From contig CAXHAT010000172.1 of assembly GCA_964014485.1 (NCBI GenBank), positions 1-16,795 of the forward strand: a stretch of 16,795 bases of DNA, read 5' to 3'. A model generated the notes under the pieces. The model made no database searches and was not told the DNA's origin. It was given only the letters and a program-made list of their open reading frames with translations. Shown one piece after another: positions 5,956-15,294 of the stretch; position 1 is the stretch's first letter; each line of letters begins with the position of its first letter. Origin of the DNA: an uncultured Deferribacteres bacterium (GTDB lineage Bacteria; Zhuqueibacterota; Zhuqueibacteria; Zhuqueibacterales; Geothermadaptataceae). A program made the position numbers and the translations under genes.

Positions 5956-8184
5956 ATGTTCTTTTCCTGCCGAAAAAGCCTGCCGCCGTGGCTTCCGCCT
6001 CTGCTTTTTATCTTCCTTTTCGCTGTTTCAGCACACGCCCAATTCAGAAACTGGCGAACTTTTACGAATATGCAATCCATGGTTCGTCTTGTCGCTTCAG
6101 ACGGAAACATTTGGGCGGCGACGACAGGCGGCCTCCTGCAATTCACCCCCGCCGAAAACAATTTTTCTCTCTTCACCAACGCCGAAGGCCTTTCCTCAAA
6201 TGACATTTCCGCGCTAGCTTTGGATAAGCTCGGGCGCGTCTGGGTCGGCCAGCGTGACGGCAACATCAATATTTACGATCCGGCCAACGACGAGTTTGAG
6301 ACGATCATCGAATACCGAAATTTCGTGATCAACGACATTTTGACCGCCGGGGATACCGTGTACATTGCGCTGACAAACGGCGTTGGCGAATACAGAATTG
6401 ACAAGGCGGAGCCAAAGGAGATTTACAAGCAGCTCGGCACGGTTTTCAATAAGGAGATTCCAGCCACAAGGCTCTGGCTCGCAGCCAACACACTGTTCGT
6501 CGGGACGGACGCGGGCGTTGCAAGCGCCGGGCTGGATCAGCCAAATTTGAAAGCGCCGCAAAGCTGGCAAAACACGACGACAGCGCATGGCCTGCCGTCA
6601 CGAACGATCACCGGTTTTGCTGATTTTCAGGGTCAAGTCATCGTCGCCACGAATCGTGGACTGGCCGCCTGGAACGGCGAGGCTTGGACCGCCGCGAACG
6701 GAAATCTGCCGGACAACGATATTCTCGCCCTTTCATCTGGCGATGAAGGCAACGGCGAAGCGCTCGTTGTCGCCACGGTCAGCGGGGTTTTTATTTCTAT
6801 CGATCTACAAAACTGGGAATTGTACGGCGGTTTTTCAGGCTACATGAAGGACGTGACCATCACTGACAATAAGATTTGGGGCGCGTCAAACAATCAAGGC
6901 CTGGCGTCTTATGAAGGCGACTGGCAATGGACGACCTTTGAACCGAACACGCCAAAAACAAACAAGTACAGCGCCCTCGCCGTCGATCAAGACGGCACGC
7001 TCTGGGCCACTTCCGGCGGCGACGGTTTTCTTTCTTATGACGGCGAAACCTGGAACGCCTGGGAAGAGTTCGGCAGCGACGCTTTGGGCGACTACCGCGC
7101 CGTTATTATTGACGATTTCAATCGCCCCTGGATGGGCGTTTGGGGACGCGGCGTGCGCGTGCTTTCGCAAACCGAAAACGGTGCACAGCTCGACACTATC
7201 GACGCGTTTACCGGCGAGCTTGCCACCAGCACCAACAATAACCTGAATTTCCCCGTCGTCACAGCGCTGGAAAAAGACGCCAGCGGCAATATCTGGATTG
7301 CAAATTGGGGCGCAATATCCGGCCAAGTCATCGCCGTTGTAACACCGGACGGCGAATGGGGTTATTTTTCTACAACAGGGGGCGCGGTTAAATCGGACGT
7401 GATCAATCGGCTTTATGTCGATACATTTGGCCGCGTTTGGTACGGCACCGGCAACGTCGGCGTCGGCGTTATCGATCACAAAGGCACGCCGCTCGATCCG
7501 TCGGACGATGAATATTTCCCCAACGCCATTTCGAACAGCGAGCTTTTTTCTCCTGTCATCACCGGCTTGACCGGCAATAGTGACGGCACGATTTTCATCG
7601 GCACCAACGAAGGTTTGAACACCTGGTTTTCAAATCAGGTTTCGCGCCAGTTCGGACTCATCAGCACAGACATTCGCGTCGCGCGTATCGACCCGGCGTT
7701 TAACATTTGGATCGGCGCTAGCGGCGGCGTTACCGTGATCGCGGCGGACGGGTCGATCTTGGAAAATTTCACCACAGGCAACAGCCCGCTCGTGAGTAAC
7801 AGCGTGACGGACTTTGCCTTCGATTCACAGAACGGAACAGCGTATATCGGCACCACAAACGGGCTGTCCGCTGTCTCGACGCCGTTTACCGAAGCAAAAT
7901 CTGATTTTGAGCAGCTCTCCGGGTTTCCAAATCCGTTCATTATTGGCGATGGCGGAGAAAGCTTCACGGTCACCAACCTTGTCTTGAATTCCGGGGTTCA
8001 AATATTTACCGAAGACGGACGGCTGGTGAGAAAACTGGAAGCTGCGGATATTCTTGGCCCGCAAGCTCGTTGGGACGGCAAAGACGCCAACGGCAACTAC
8101 GTCGCCAGCGGCGTTTATCTGTTTGTCGCATTCACCAATCAGGGCCTGAGCGCAACCGGGAAAGTCGCCGTTATTCGAAAATAG
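5956..8184 (+). CDS. PorZ-like secreted beta-propeller protein (Reg_prop repeats) with C-terminal T9SS/FlgD-Ig sorting domain
   Basis: Signal peptide ending AHA-Q. Repeated IWxxTxGGL and GLSSNDISALALD blades. C-terminus FPNPF ... IFTEDGRLVRKL ... WDGKDANGNYVASGVYLF ... GKVAVIRK is typical of PorZ. Confidence 0.8.
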   Translation: MFFSCRKSLPPWLPPLLFIFLFAVSAHAQFRNWRTFTNMQSMVRLVASDGNIWAATTGGLLQFTPAENNFSLFTNAEGLSSNDISALALDKLGRVWVGQRDGNINIYDPANDEFETIIEYRNFVINDILTAGDTVYIALTNGVGEYRIDKAEPKEIYKQLGTVFNKEIPATRLWLAANTLFVGTDAGVASAGLDQPNLKAPQSWQNTTTAHGLPSRTITGFADFQGQVIVATNRGLAAWNGEAWTAANGNLPDNDILALSSGDEGNGEALVVATVSGVFISIDLQNWELYGGFSGYMKDVTITDNKIWGASNNQGLASYEGDWQWTTFEPNTPKTNKYSALAVDQDGTLWATSGGDGFLSYDGETWNAWEEFGSDALGDYRAVIIDDFNRPWMGVWGRGVRVLSQTENGAQLDTIDAFTGELATSTNNNLNFPVVTALEKDASGNIWIANWGAISGQVIAVVTPDGEWGYFSTTGGAVKSDVINRLYVDTFGRVWYGTGNVGVGVIDHKGTPLDPSDDEYFPNAISNSELFSPVITGLTGNSDGTIFIGTNEGLNTWFSNQVSRQFGLISTDIRVARIDPAFNIWIGASGGVTVIAADGSILENFTTGNSPLVSNSVTDFAFDSQNGTAYIGTTNGLSAVSTPFTEAKSDFEQLSGFPNPFIIGDGGESFTVTNLVLNSGVQIFTEDGRLVRKLEAADILGPQARWDGKDANGNYVASGVYLFVAFTNQGLSATGKVAVIRK

Positions 8185-8245
8185 CACATCTTGTATTTTT
8201 GAGAGTTAATTCCCCAACGTCAGCCAGAAATAAAGCCGCAGGTGT

Positions 8246-8411
8246 TTGTCATTTGCGGTCATTTACTTCGTGTCATTGGTCATTGAATTTTGGTGTTTGG
8301 AATTTATTTGTGATTTGGAGTTTGTTTTTTGGGATTTAAGTCTTACACAAAATGGCAGAAAACAACTCAGCAGACGCTAAACGCCTACAGCCTAAAAACC
8401 TAAACCGCTAA
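8246..8411. repeat. Two degenerate heptamer tandem-repeat tracts
   Basis: 8246-8337: TGGTCAT TGAATTT TGGTGTT TGGAATT ... TGGAGTT TGTTTTT TGGGATT. 8368-8411: GCTAAAC GCCTACA GCCTAAA AACCTAA. Confidence 0.65.
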
Positions 8412-10118
8412 ATGTTAAAATCCGTTACCATCAAAAACTACGCATTGGTCGAGGAAACCGAGATCCGTTTTGACGTTGGTCTGAACGTGGTGACCGGTGA
8501 GACGGGCGCGGGGAAATCGATGGTTATCGGCGCGATTGGCGCGCTTTTGGGCGAAAGAACCTCCGTTTCCGTCTTGCGCGAGGGCGCCCAGAAAGCCGCT
8601 ATTGAGGGCGTTTTTGCCGTCGAGCATTTGAGCGTTTTGCAAAGCTGCTTGATCGAAAGCGATCTCGCCAGCGACGATGGATTGCTAATTTTGAGACGCG
8701 AGATTCTTGCCAGCGGGCGCAGCAGAGCTTTTGTCAATGACACCCCAGCCACGCTCGACCAGACTGAAAAAATTGCCGCTTTTCTGGTCGATCTCCACGG
8801 CCAGCACCAACACCAATCGCTTTTGAAGGTTGCCGAGCACATCAAATTTATCGACGCTTTCGCCGATCTTGGCGAACAATGTCACCGCGTTGCGAACTGC
8901 TTTGCACAGGCGGAAAAAGCGCGCGCCGCTTACGAAGAATTGCTCCAGGAGCAAAAAACACGCATCGAACAGCGCGATTATTTGGCCTTCCAATTGGACG
9001 AAATCGACAATCTCAACCCCCAGCCCGATGAAGAAAGCGAACTTTTGAACGAAGAAAAGAAATTGGCGCACGGAACGGAATTGCTGCAATCCTGCGACGA
9101 GGTCGTCAATCTGCTTTATGAAAACGAAGCTTCCGCGAACGATCTTTTGGGCGCAGTTGTGAATCGATTGCAAAAATTGGCTGAATACGATTCCGCGCTT
9201 GAGAAACAGACGCAAGAAGCGGAATCAGCTCTGATCGCCGTTGAAGAAATCGCGAAATCATTACAATCTTATGTGCATAATATCGACGTGGACCCCGCCC
9301 GCCTTGACGAAGTGCGTTCGCGGCTCTCGGCGTTCGCCGGATTGAAGAAAAAATACAGCGCCGACTTCGACGGCGTTTTACAGAAGCGAGACGAACTTCA
9401 GCAAAGCCTGCAACGCATTGAAGCGATGGATGATCTGGTCTCGCAGGCGCTAGAAAACTGGCAAATAGCAATTCAGGAATATGAATCTGCTGCGGGCGAT
9501 CTTTCACAAGCACGTAGGGCCGCGGCGCAAGAAATCACCCGGCGCGTGCCGGAAATCCTGGCGGAAATCGGCATGTCGGGAAGCCGGTTTGAAGTGAAAA
9601 TTTCGCCGGAATTTGCGGAAGACGGCTGGTGTACGGTTGAAGGACGAAAGTGTAAAGCTTTCCCAAACGGCTACGACCGCGTTGAATTTTTCATCTCGGC
9701 GAACCCCGGTCAGCCCACTCGCCCATTGGCCAAAATCGCTTCCGGCGGGGAAATCTCGCGCATTATGCTCGCCTTGAAAAGCCTGATCGCCCACGCCGAC
9801 GCCGTGCCGGTTTTGATTTTTGATGAAATTGATATTGGCATTTCAGGGCGCGTGGCGCAGTCCGTGGGTAAGTTGCTGCGCAAGCTTGCCGAGTCTCATC
9901 AAATTGTTTGCATCACCCATCTGCCGCAAATCGCCGGCGCCGGTTCAACCCATTTTTTGGTGGAAAAAAGCCAACGCAACGGCTCCACTTCGACAAATGT
10001 GAGAAAGCTTGCCGAATCCGAGCGCAGACGCGCGATTGCATCCTTGTTGGCCGGAGAAGAAATTTCCGAAGCGCAGTTGGAAAATGCGGAAGCGTTGATC
10101 GAACAAGCCAGGCTTTAG
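8412..10118 (+). CDS. recN: DNA repair protein RecN
   Basis: Walker A TGETGAGKS, DLHGQHQHQSL, coiled coil, ASGGEISRIMLALK, LIFDEIDIGISG, CITHLPQIA. Confidence 0.98.
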   Translation: MLKSVTIKNYALVEETEIRFDVGLNVVTGETGAGKSMVIGAIGALLGERTSVSVLREGAQKAAIEGVFAVEHLSVLQSCLIESDLASDDGLLILRREILASGRSRAFVNDTPATLDQTEKIAAFLVDLHGQHQHQSLLKVAEHIKFIDAFADLGEQCHRVANCFAQAEKARAAYEELLQEQKTRIEQRDYLAFQLDEIDNLNPQPDEESELLNEEKKLAHGTELLQSCDEVVNLLYENEASANDLLGAVVNRLQKLAEYDSALEKQTQEAESALIAVEEIAKSLQSYVHNIDVDPARLDEVRSRLSAFAGLKKKYSADFDGVLQKRDELQQSLQRIEAMDDLVSQALENWQIAIQEYESAAGDLSQARRAAAQEITRRVPEILAEIGMSGSRFEVKISPEFAEDGWCTVEGRKCKAFPNGYDRVEFFISANPGQPTRPLAKIASGGEISRIMLALKSLIAHADAVPVLIFDEIDIGISGRVAQSVGKLLRKLAESHQIVCITHLPQIAGAGSTHFLVEKSQRNGSTSTNVRKLAESERRRAIASLLAGEEISEAQLENAEALIEQARL

Positions 10119-11863
10119 ATTTTGCGAATATGTACGGCTTTCAAATCCGGCAGTCGCTCCCCAACTTTTAGCAGCGGCCTAATTTGAAGCGCCGTGATTC
10201 CAGCGGGCAATTTTAGCTTTCCCGCCAAATGTTTTCCCCATGTTTTTTCATAAACTTCTCCGCGCGGCACGCGATCCGGGCTTGGGATTTGGTCTTGCAG
10301 AAATGCCTGATCGATTTCCGTCTGCAATTTTTCTCCGCCAGCTTCTATCGAAAATCTCGCTCCAGCATTCTCCGGTGCGCAGGCATACTCCAGTAAAATT
10401 TCATACTCTCCGGAAGCGACGAATTTTACCGGCCATTCAAGCCAAGCCCGCTCGCGCGTCCAGTTCGTGGCCCAATCATTGGCCCAGCCCCAGCGGTCGT
10501 TATAGCTGATTCCGCCGCCGTTGTCTTTGTGCAATTCCGCCTCGTGTGCAGGTAAAATAACGAGCGGGTTTTCTGCATGACCAATCTGCGTCGGAATACG
10601 ACTTTTTTCGCCCTCGCCTACTTCAACAAGCCAGTCGTCGTAAGCGTCTTTGAGTTCGCGAGTCAGCTCAACTTCATTTTGCGACAAATCATTTTTTTGC
10701 CCCGGATCGTTGATCATATCAAACAGCGAAACGCCGTCGTCGTTCACGTACAAACGGTGCGTTTGCGTGCGCAGGCCGCCGCGATTTTGCCACTGCGTGA
10801 AAATCGTACGATCCGGCCAATCCGCGTCGCCTCCTTGAATTAACGGAACGAGACTTTTGCCGTCCAGGAGAAAATTGTCAGGCGTCTCGGAGCCGGTTAT
10901 TTCCGCAAGCGTCGGCAAAACGTCGATGTGCGCCGCGATTTTTTCGACGGTTTTTCCGGCGGGAATTTGCCCCGGCCATTTGATGAAAAACGGAACGCGG
11001 ACGCCGCCTTCATGAGCGTGCGCTTTTCTCCCGCGCATCCCGCCGTTGAATCTGTCGGAATTCGGGCCGTTGTCAGTGAGGAAGATGACGATGGTGTTTT
11101 CGGTCAACCCGGTTTCGTCCAGCTTGCGCAAAATCCTGCCGACGTTGTCATCGATATTTTCACACATGGCATAGGCGCTGGCGGTCAAATCATCCAAACC
11201 GCGCGCTTTGTATTTGTCGAAATATTTGTCAGGCGCTTGAAACGGCGAGTGTGGCGTGTTGTAAGGAACATAACAAAAAAACGGCTGGCTCTTGTTTTTC
11301 TCGATGAAATCAATCGCTGCGTCTGTGAACACATCGGCAACGTATCCTTCGGTTTGCACCAATTCACCGTTGTGTTCCAAAGTCGTGTCAAAATAATTGT
11401 TCCAATGCCCTGCGCTGAAGCCAAAAAATTCATCGAAGCCCTGCCCGTTTGGCGAATGCGGGTAGTGCGCGCCGTTGTGCCATTTTCCAAAACAGCCGGT
11501 GGCGTAGCCGTTCTTTTTTAAAAGTTCCGCGATGGTCATTTCTTCTTCGCGCATCGTTTCTCGCGTTCGCGTCACGCCGTGCACGCCGGTACGCTGATCG
11601 TAGCGTCCGGTCAAGAGGCTTGCTCGCGTCGGCGCGCATACCGGGCTGACGTAAAAACGGTCAAACCGCGTTCCCGCCGCAGCCAGCGCGTCGAGATTTG
11701 GCGTATCGATCAGGTTGTTGCCGTGAGAACGGATGTCGCCCCAGCCCTGATCGTCGGTCATAATGAGTATGATATTTGGCTTTTGCAAGTCCTGCGGTTT
11801 TTGGCAGGCGGTAGACAGGAAGAGAATAAATAAGAGAATCGGAGTTCCGGCGTTTAGCTTCAT
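10115..11863 (-). CDS. Formylglycine-dependent (S1) sulfatase, predicted lipoprotein, with a C-terminal beta-sandwich/CBM-like extension
   Basis: PNIILIMTDDQG, CAPTR (CxPxR) followed by ASLLTGRY, GKWH, TDNG, EGGVRVP. Start placed at ATG 11863 (MKLNAGTPILLFILFLSTAC, lipobox-like) because the longer ORF-track start runs through a REP palindrome. Overlaps the recN stop by 4 bp. Confidence 0.93.
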   Translation of the reverse strand: MKLNAGTPILLFILFLSTACQKPQDLQKPNIILIMTDDQGWGDIRSHGNNLIDTPNLDALAAAGTRFDRFYVSPVCAPTRASLLTGRYDQRTGVHGVTRTRETMREEEMTIAELLKKNGYATGCFGKWHNGAHYPHSPNGQGFDEFFGFSAGHWNNYFDTTLEHNGELVQTEGYVADVFTDAAIDFIEKNKSQPFFCYVPYNTPHSPFQAPDKYFDKYKARGLDDLTASAYAMCENIDDNVGRILRKLDETGLTENTIVIFLTDNGPNSDRFNGGMRGRKAHAHEGGVRVPFFIKWPGQIPAGKTVEKIAAHIDVLPTLAEITGSETPDNFLLDGKSLVPLIQGGDADWPDRTIFTQWQNRGGLRTQTHRLYVNDDGVSLFDMINDPGQKNDLSQNEVELTRELKDAYDDWLVEVGEGEKSRIPTQIGHAENPLVILPAHEAELHKDNGGGISYNDRWGWANDWATNWTRERAWLEWPVKFVASGEYEILLEYACAPENAGARFSIEAGGEKLQTEIDQAFLQDQIPSPDRVPRGEVYEKTWGKHLAGKLKLPAGITALQIRPLLKVGERLPDLKAVHIRKI

Positions 11864-11919
11864 CGTGCGGCCTTGTTTGAGAAGTGTTTCATGTTGCAGG
11901 AAAAATTTAGGGCGTTTCT

Positions 11920-11947
11920 GCATGGGTTCAAAATTTTGAACCCCTAC
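11920..11947. repeat. GTAG-type REP-like palindrome, copy 2
   Basis: Minus strand GTAGGGGTTCAAAATTTTGAACCCATGC, 26/28 identical to 1195-1222. Confidence 0.85.
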
Positions 11948-12025
11948 CAGCCTAATGCAGACTAAGACTACCATAATTAATTGATTTTACGCGACAGCCG
12001 TGCCGCCGTAGAAACTCTCGTCAAA

Positions 12026-12052
12026 GTCATTTCCGCGCAGGCGGGAATCCAG
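12026..12052 (+). repeat. GTCAT/dRS3-like palindromic repeat
   Basis: GTCATTTCCGCGCAGGCGGGAATCCAG has one mismatch to the ATTCCC-N8-GGGAAT core. A degenerate inverted partner ends in GAAATGAC at 12251-12258. Confidence 0.7.
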
Positions 12053-12081
12053 GGGCTGTGCGCGATTGACTATATTTACGG

Positions 12082-12205
12082 CTCGTTCCCAAACTCCGGT
12101 TTGGGAATGAAAATGGACGTGAAACTCCAGTTTCGAACCAAAGACCTCAGTCGAAACTGGAGTTTCGAGTGCAATTGCGTTCCCAATCCAGAGATTGGGA
12201 ACGAG
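12082..12205. mobile_element. 124-bp REPIN/MITE-like element built from four hairpins
   Basis: Ends CTCGTTCCCAA ... TTGGGAACGAG. Outer hairpins TTCCCAAAC-TCCG-GTTTGGGAA and GTTCCCAATC-CAGA-GATTGGGAAC. Inner pair GAAACTCCAGTTTCG (12121-12135) and CGAAACTGGAGTTTC (12152-12166) are exact reverse complements. Confidence 0.8.
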
Positions 12206-12440
12206 AATTTTGAACGTCTCGAAATTAGGTTGACGGTAATGCGCCTCTGCGAAATGACGTTGACAAACGGATGCTGTATTGTGGAGCTGCCGCGTAACAT
12301 CAGATCAGTAATTTACTTTCACTGCGAATTTTATCAACTCAGCCAGACCGAATTTTCTTTTGCGTCAATTGCCCTAGCCGCCTCGTTTGTCACATCTTTA
12401 CATTTTCTAAAACGTTCCGTAATTTGACAATTCGAAATTT

Positions 12441-12640
12441 CACTACCTGACACTTTTTGTATTGGCTTCTAAAACTGGCAAAAAGGTCGGAATTGTCATG
12501 CTGGAAGCATCTTTTTTAATCCGCCCCTTGAACTTTTGAGCATGATCTGTACTGGGCGATGACAAAGATTCTTTCAGAATGACAAAACGGGGCCCTTCGA
12601 CGGCTCGAAAATGCAGTTTACAAAAAAGTGTCAGATAGAG
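12441..12640. mobile_element. About 200-bp MITE-like element with terminal and internal inverted repeats
   Basis: CACTACCTGACACTTTTTGTA (12441-12461) vs the reverse complement of 12619-12640, CTCTATCTGACACTTTTTTGTA. Internal IR at 12493-12511 and 12567-12585 (16/19). Partial second copy at 1290-1350. Confidence 0.72.
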
Positions 12641-12692
12641 AGTTCAAAATTCAAACTCAAGCCGTTCGCAAATGCAAAACCAGGAGCGCGTC

Positions 12693-14963
12693 ATGCGAAT
12701 TCATTTTCTGCGACAAATTTCCACGATTACTCTGTGTTCCTTTTTGATTGCCGGATTCTCATTTGCACAGGAACGCGGCAAGGCGCTCTACGATTTAATG
12801 GGCGAAGGCAATTTAACAAAAACCGAAGGTGTGCGCAGCGTTACGTGGCTGCCGGGCGGCAAGGGTTACTTGCACAAGCAACAGGAAAACGGGCGTACGG
12901 AATATTTCAGCGTCGATCCCAAAACTGAGAAAGAAACGCCGCTCTTTAGCTCGGCGATTATGCAAACGCTTGGCAAACAGTTCTTAGCGATCAACGGCTT
13001 TGACGCCGACGCGCCGCTATTTGAAGATTTTGAATTCGTTCTTGGCGGCGACGCAATCACTTTTGAAAAAGAAGGCAAATACTTTCTTTTCAACCTGAAA
13101 GATCAAAAACTGCGACAACTCAAACGCAAAAAAGTTGAGAAGCAGCCGTTCTCCGACGGTCTCATGCGACGCATGGCAACGAGCCAACTCTGGAACGGCG
13201 AATATTCGCCTAATTTCAACCATTTCGCCTTCGTCAAGGACTACGATCTTTACCTCACCAACACTGAGACCGGCGATGAAGTCCGCGTTACAACTGACGG
13301 CAACGAGCAAGTTTTTAACGGTCGCCCGAACTGGGTTTATCCTGAAGAATTCGGGCAACTCACGGCATACTGGTGGTCGCCGGACGGCCAAAAACTGGCT
13401 TACTACAAATATCTGGAAGGTGACGTTCACAAATATCCGCTGGTTTATGATCTCAAGCCCGAAGCCGGGCTGGAAATGCAGAGTTACCCTAAAGCCGGCG
13501 AAACCAACCCCACGGTCAATCTTTTTGTCTATGATCTGCAGAGCGGCGAACACGTACAGGTCAAGACGCAGAGCCATCCCAACAATTACATCATCAAGCC
13601 AACATGGCGCAACGATGGTTCAGAGTTGCTTTTTCAACGCATGAATCGTCGCCAGAACAAGCTTGAACTCGTTGCGGCCAGCCCCGCTTCCGGCAGAACG
13701 CGCGTCATTTTTGAGGAGAGCGAAGACGCCTTCATTAACACCCACAACGATTTTTACCAATTCGCCGACGGAAAGAGCTTTCTCTGGAGCAATGAGCAAT
13801 CCGGCTGGCGGCATCTTTACATTTTCGATTGGCAAGGAAAAGAAGTGCGGCAAATCACTGAAGGCCCTTGGGCTGTTCGGAGCGTGACGCACGTAGACGA
13901 AAAAGGCGGATGGATTTACTTCACTTCTCACAGCGAAGACGGCCTGGAAACGCACTTCAACCGCGTGCGATTGGACGGCAAAAAATTGACGCGTTTGACC
14001 AAAGAACCGGGGTCGCATTTCGTCAGCATGGATCCGGCGGGCAAGTATTACACGGACATGTTTTCGTCATTCACCGCGCCGACGACGATGAACCTGCATG
14101 CCGCCAACGGTCAAAAGATTCGCAACATGCTCTCGACCAACACGGAAGCGCTGGACGAGCTTGGGCTGGAAGAGCCGGAATTGGTTATGGTGAAAGCAGC
14201 TGACGGAAAGACGGATTTGCACGGCATGCTTTTTAAACCGGCGGGCTACGATCCCGGGCAGCAATATCCGCTGGTCGTGAGCGTCTACGGCGGGCCGCAT
14301 TCGAAAATGCTCCGAAATTCGTTTCAGAAAGACAGGTTTGAGCAACGACTGGCTCAGCTTGGATTTATGGTTTGGAAAATGGACAATCGCGGTTTGACCA
14401 GTCGCGGCAAGACGTTCGAAACGGAAACTTACCTGAAACTGGGCGACGTCGATTTGGAAGATCAGGCCGCAGGGGTGGAATTCATTACCCAGCGCCCGTA
14501 CATCGACGGTTCGCGCGTCGGCGTTTACGGCCACTCATACGGCGGCTACATGACGAGCATTGCGTTGCTGAAAAAACCGGAGCTTTTTCACGTCGGCGTG
14601 GCGGGTGCGCCGGTGACGGACTGGCGGAATTATGATACGATTTATACCGAACGCTACATGCGCACGCCGCAGGAAAACACGGCAGGCTATGACACAGGTT
14701 CAGCGTTGAAATTCGCAAAAAACCTGCAAGGCAAGCTGCTGTTGATCCACGGTTCGATCGACAACAACGTGCATCCGGGAAATACGATTCAATTAATTGA
14801 AGAATTGGTGAAAGCGGAAAAGCAGTTTGATCTCATGTTCTACCCGCAGCAACGCCACGGCATTCGCGGCGCGGGCGGCAGGCATTACCGGCAGCTCAGG
14901 ACGGATTATTTCATCAAACATCTCAATCCAAATCCTGTGAAGCAGCAGCCGAAAACGGATTGA
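12693..14963 (+). CDS. Dipeptidyl peptidase IV-like S9B serine peptidase, secreted
   Basis: Signal peptide ending SFA-Q. NWVYPEEF Glu-Glu motif, YPKAGETNP, VYGGP, GHSYGG (Ser), DNNVH (Asp), QRHGI (His). RBS AGGAG 6 nt before ATG 12693. Confidence 0.95.
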   Translation: MRIHFLRQISTITLCSFLIAGFSFAQERGKALYDLMGEGNLTKTEGVRSVTWLPGGKGYLHKQQENGRTEYFSVDPKTEKETPLFSSAIMQTLGKQFLAINGFDADAPLFEDFEFVLGGDAITFEKEGKYFLFNLKDQKLRQLKRKKVEKQPFSDGLMRRMATSQLWNGEYSPNFNHFAFVKDYDLYLTNTETGDEVRVTTDGNEQVFNGRPNWVYPEEFGQLTAYWWSPDGQKLAYYKYLEGDVHKYPLVYDLKPEAGLEMQSYPKAGETNPTVNLFVYDLQSGEHVQVKTQSHPNNYIIKPTWRNDGSELLFQRMNRRQNKLELVAASPASGRTRVIFEESEDAFINTHNDFYQFADGKSFLWSNEQSGWRHLYIFDWQGKEVRQITEGPWAVRSVTHVDEKGGWIYFTSHSEDGLETHFNRVRLDGKKLTRLTKEPGSHFVSMDPAGKYYTDMFSSFTAPTTMNLHAANGQKIRNMLSTNTEALDELGLEEPELVMVKAADGKTDLHGMLFKPAGYDPGQQYPLVVSVYGGPHSKMLRNSFQKDRFEQRLAQLGFMVWKMDNRGLTSRGKTFETETYLKLGDVDLEDQAAGVEFITQRPYIDGSRVGVYGHSYGGYMTSIALLKKPELFHVGVAGAPVTDWRNYDTIYTERYMRTPQENTAGYDTGSALKFAKNLQGKLLLIHGSIDNNVHPGNTIQLIEELVKAEKQFDLMFYPQQRHGIRGAGGRHYRQLRTDYFIKHLNPNPVKQQPKTD

Positions 14964-15024
14964 GAAAATTCGCGGTAGAGCCGATTTACAGAGTGAATCT
15001 CCCAGACATTCGGAAAACTCTCTA

Positions 15025-15053
15025 TTGCGGCTCAAGCCTGATTACGCTATTTT
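15025..15053 (+). promoter_or_regulatory. Putative sigma70 promoter for the toxin-antitoxin pair
   Basis: TTGCGG-N17-TATTTT, 43 nt before ATG 15097. Confidence 0.4.
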
Positions 15054-15096
15054 TTTTTGCAGCGTGTTAAGGTTAGGCAACCAATGAGGTTTTGTC

Positions 15097-15294
15097 ATGG
15101 AATCTAAACGCAATCTAAACCTTAGCCCGGAACTTGTTCAAAAAATGCAAGCGCTGATCCGTGAAGGTTGGTTCAAGGACGAGAATGATTTTATTGAAAC
15201 CGCTGCGCGCTACTATTTGGAGCGGCACTCGGAAAAGATGTGGGCAGAATATGTCGAGCATGAAGTAAAAGCCGGCCTTTATGAAACGTTTTGA
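15097..15294 (+). CDS. Ribbon-helix-helix (CopG-like) putative antitoxin
   Basis: 65 aa. RNLNLSPELVQKMQALIREGWFKDENDFIETAARYYLE fits a beta-helix-helix pattern. RBS GAGG. Overlaps the next gene by 14 bp. Confidence 0.75.
   Translation: MESKRNLNLSPELVQKMQALIREGWFKDENDFIETAARYYLERHSEKMWAEYVEHEVKAGLYETF

Noticed and set aside
11864..11974. N-terminal extension of the sulfatase in the ORF track
   Set aside because: It runs through the REP palindrome. The signal peptide begins at ATG 11863.
12082..12205. CRISPR array
   Set aside because: The repeats are inverted rather than direct, there are no regular spacers, and no cas genes are present.
12261..12392. 9-bp inverted repeat TGACAAACG/CGTTTGTCA, possibly an ncRNA
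   Set aside because: It is too short over a span of about 130 bp, with no supporting internal structure.
11981..12427. 148-aa ORF and the antisense 74-aa ORF
   Set aside because: They are translations of palindromic repeats, with a weak TTG start for the longer one and no recognisable domain.
3926..15294. Genetic code 25 (TGA=Gly)
   Set aside because: TGA terminates the SRPBCC, peptidase and antitoxin genes at expected ends, and the long genes have no other internal TGA.
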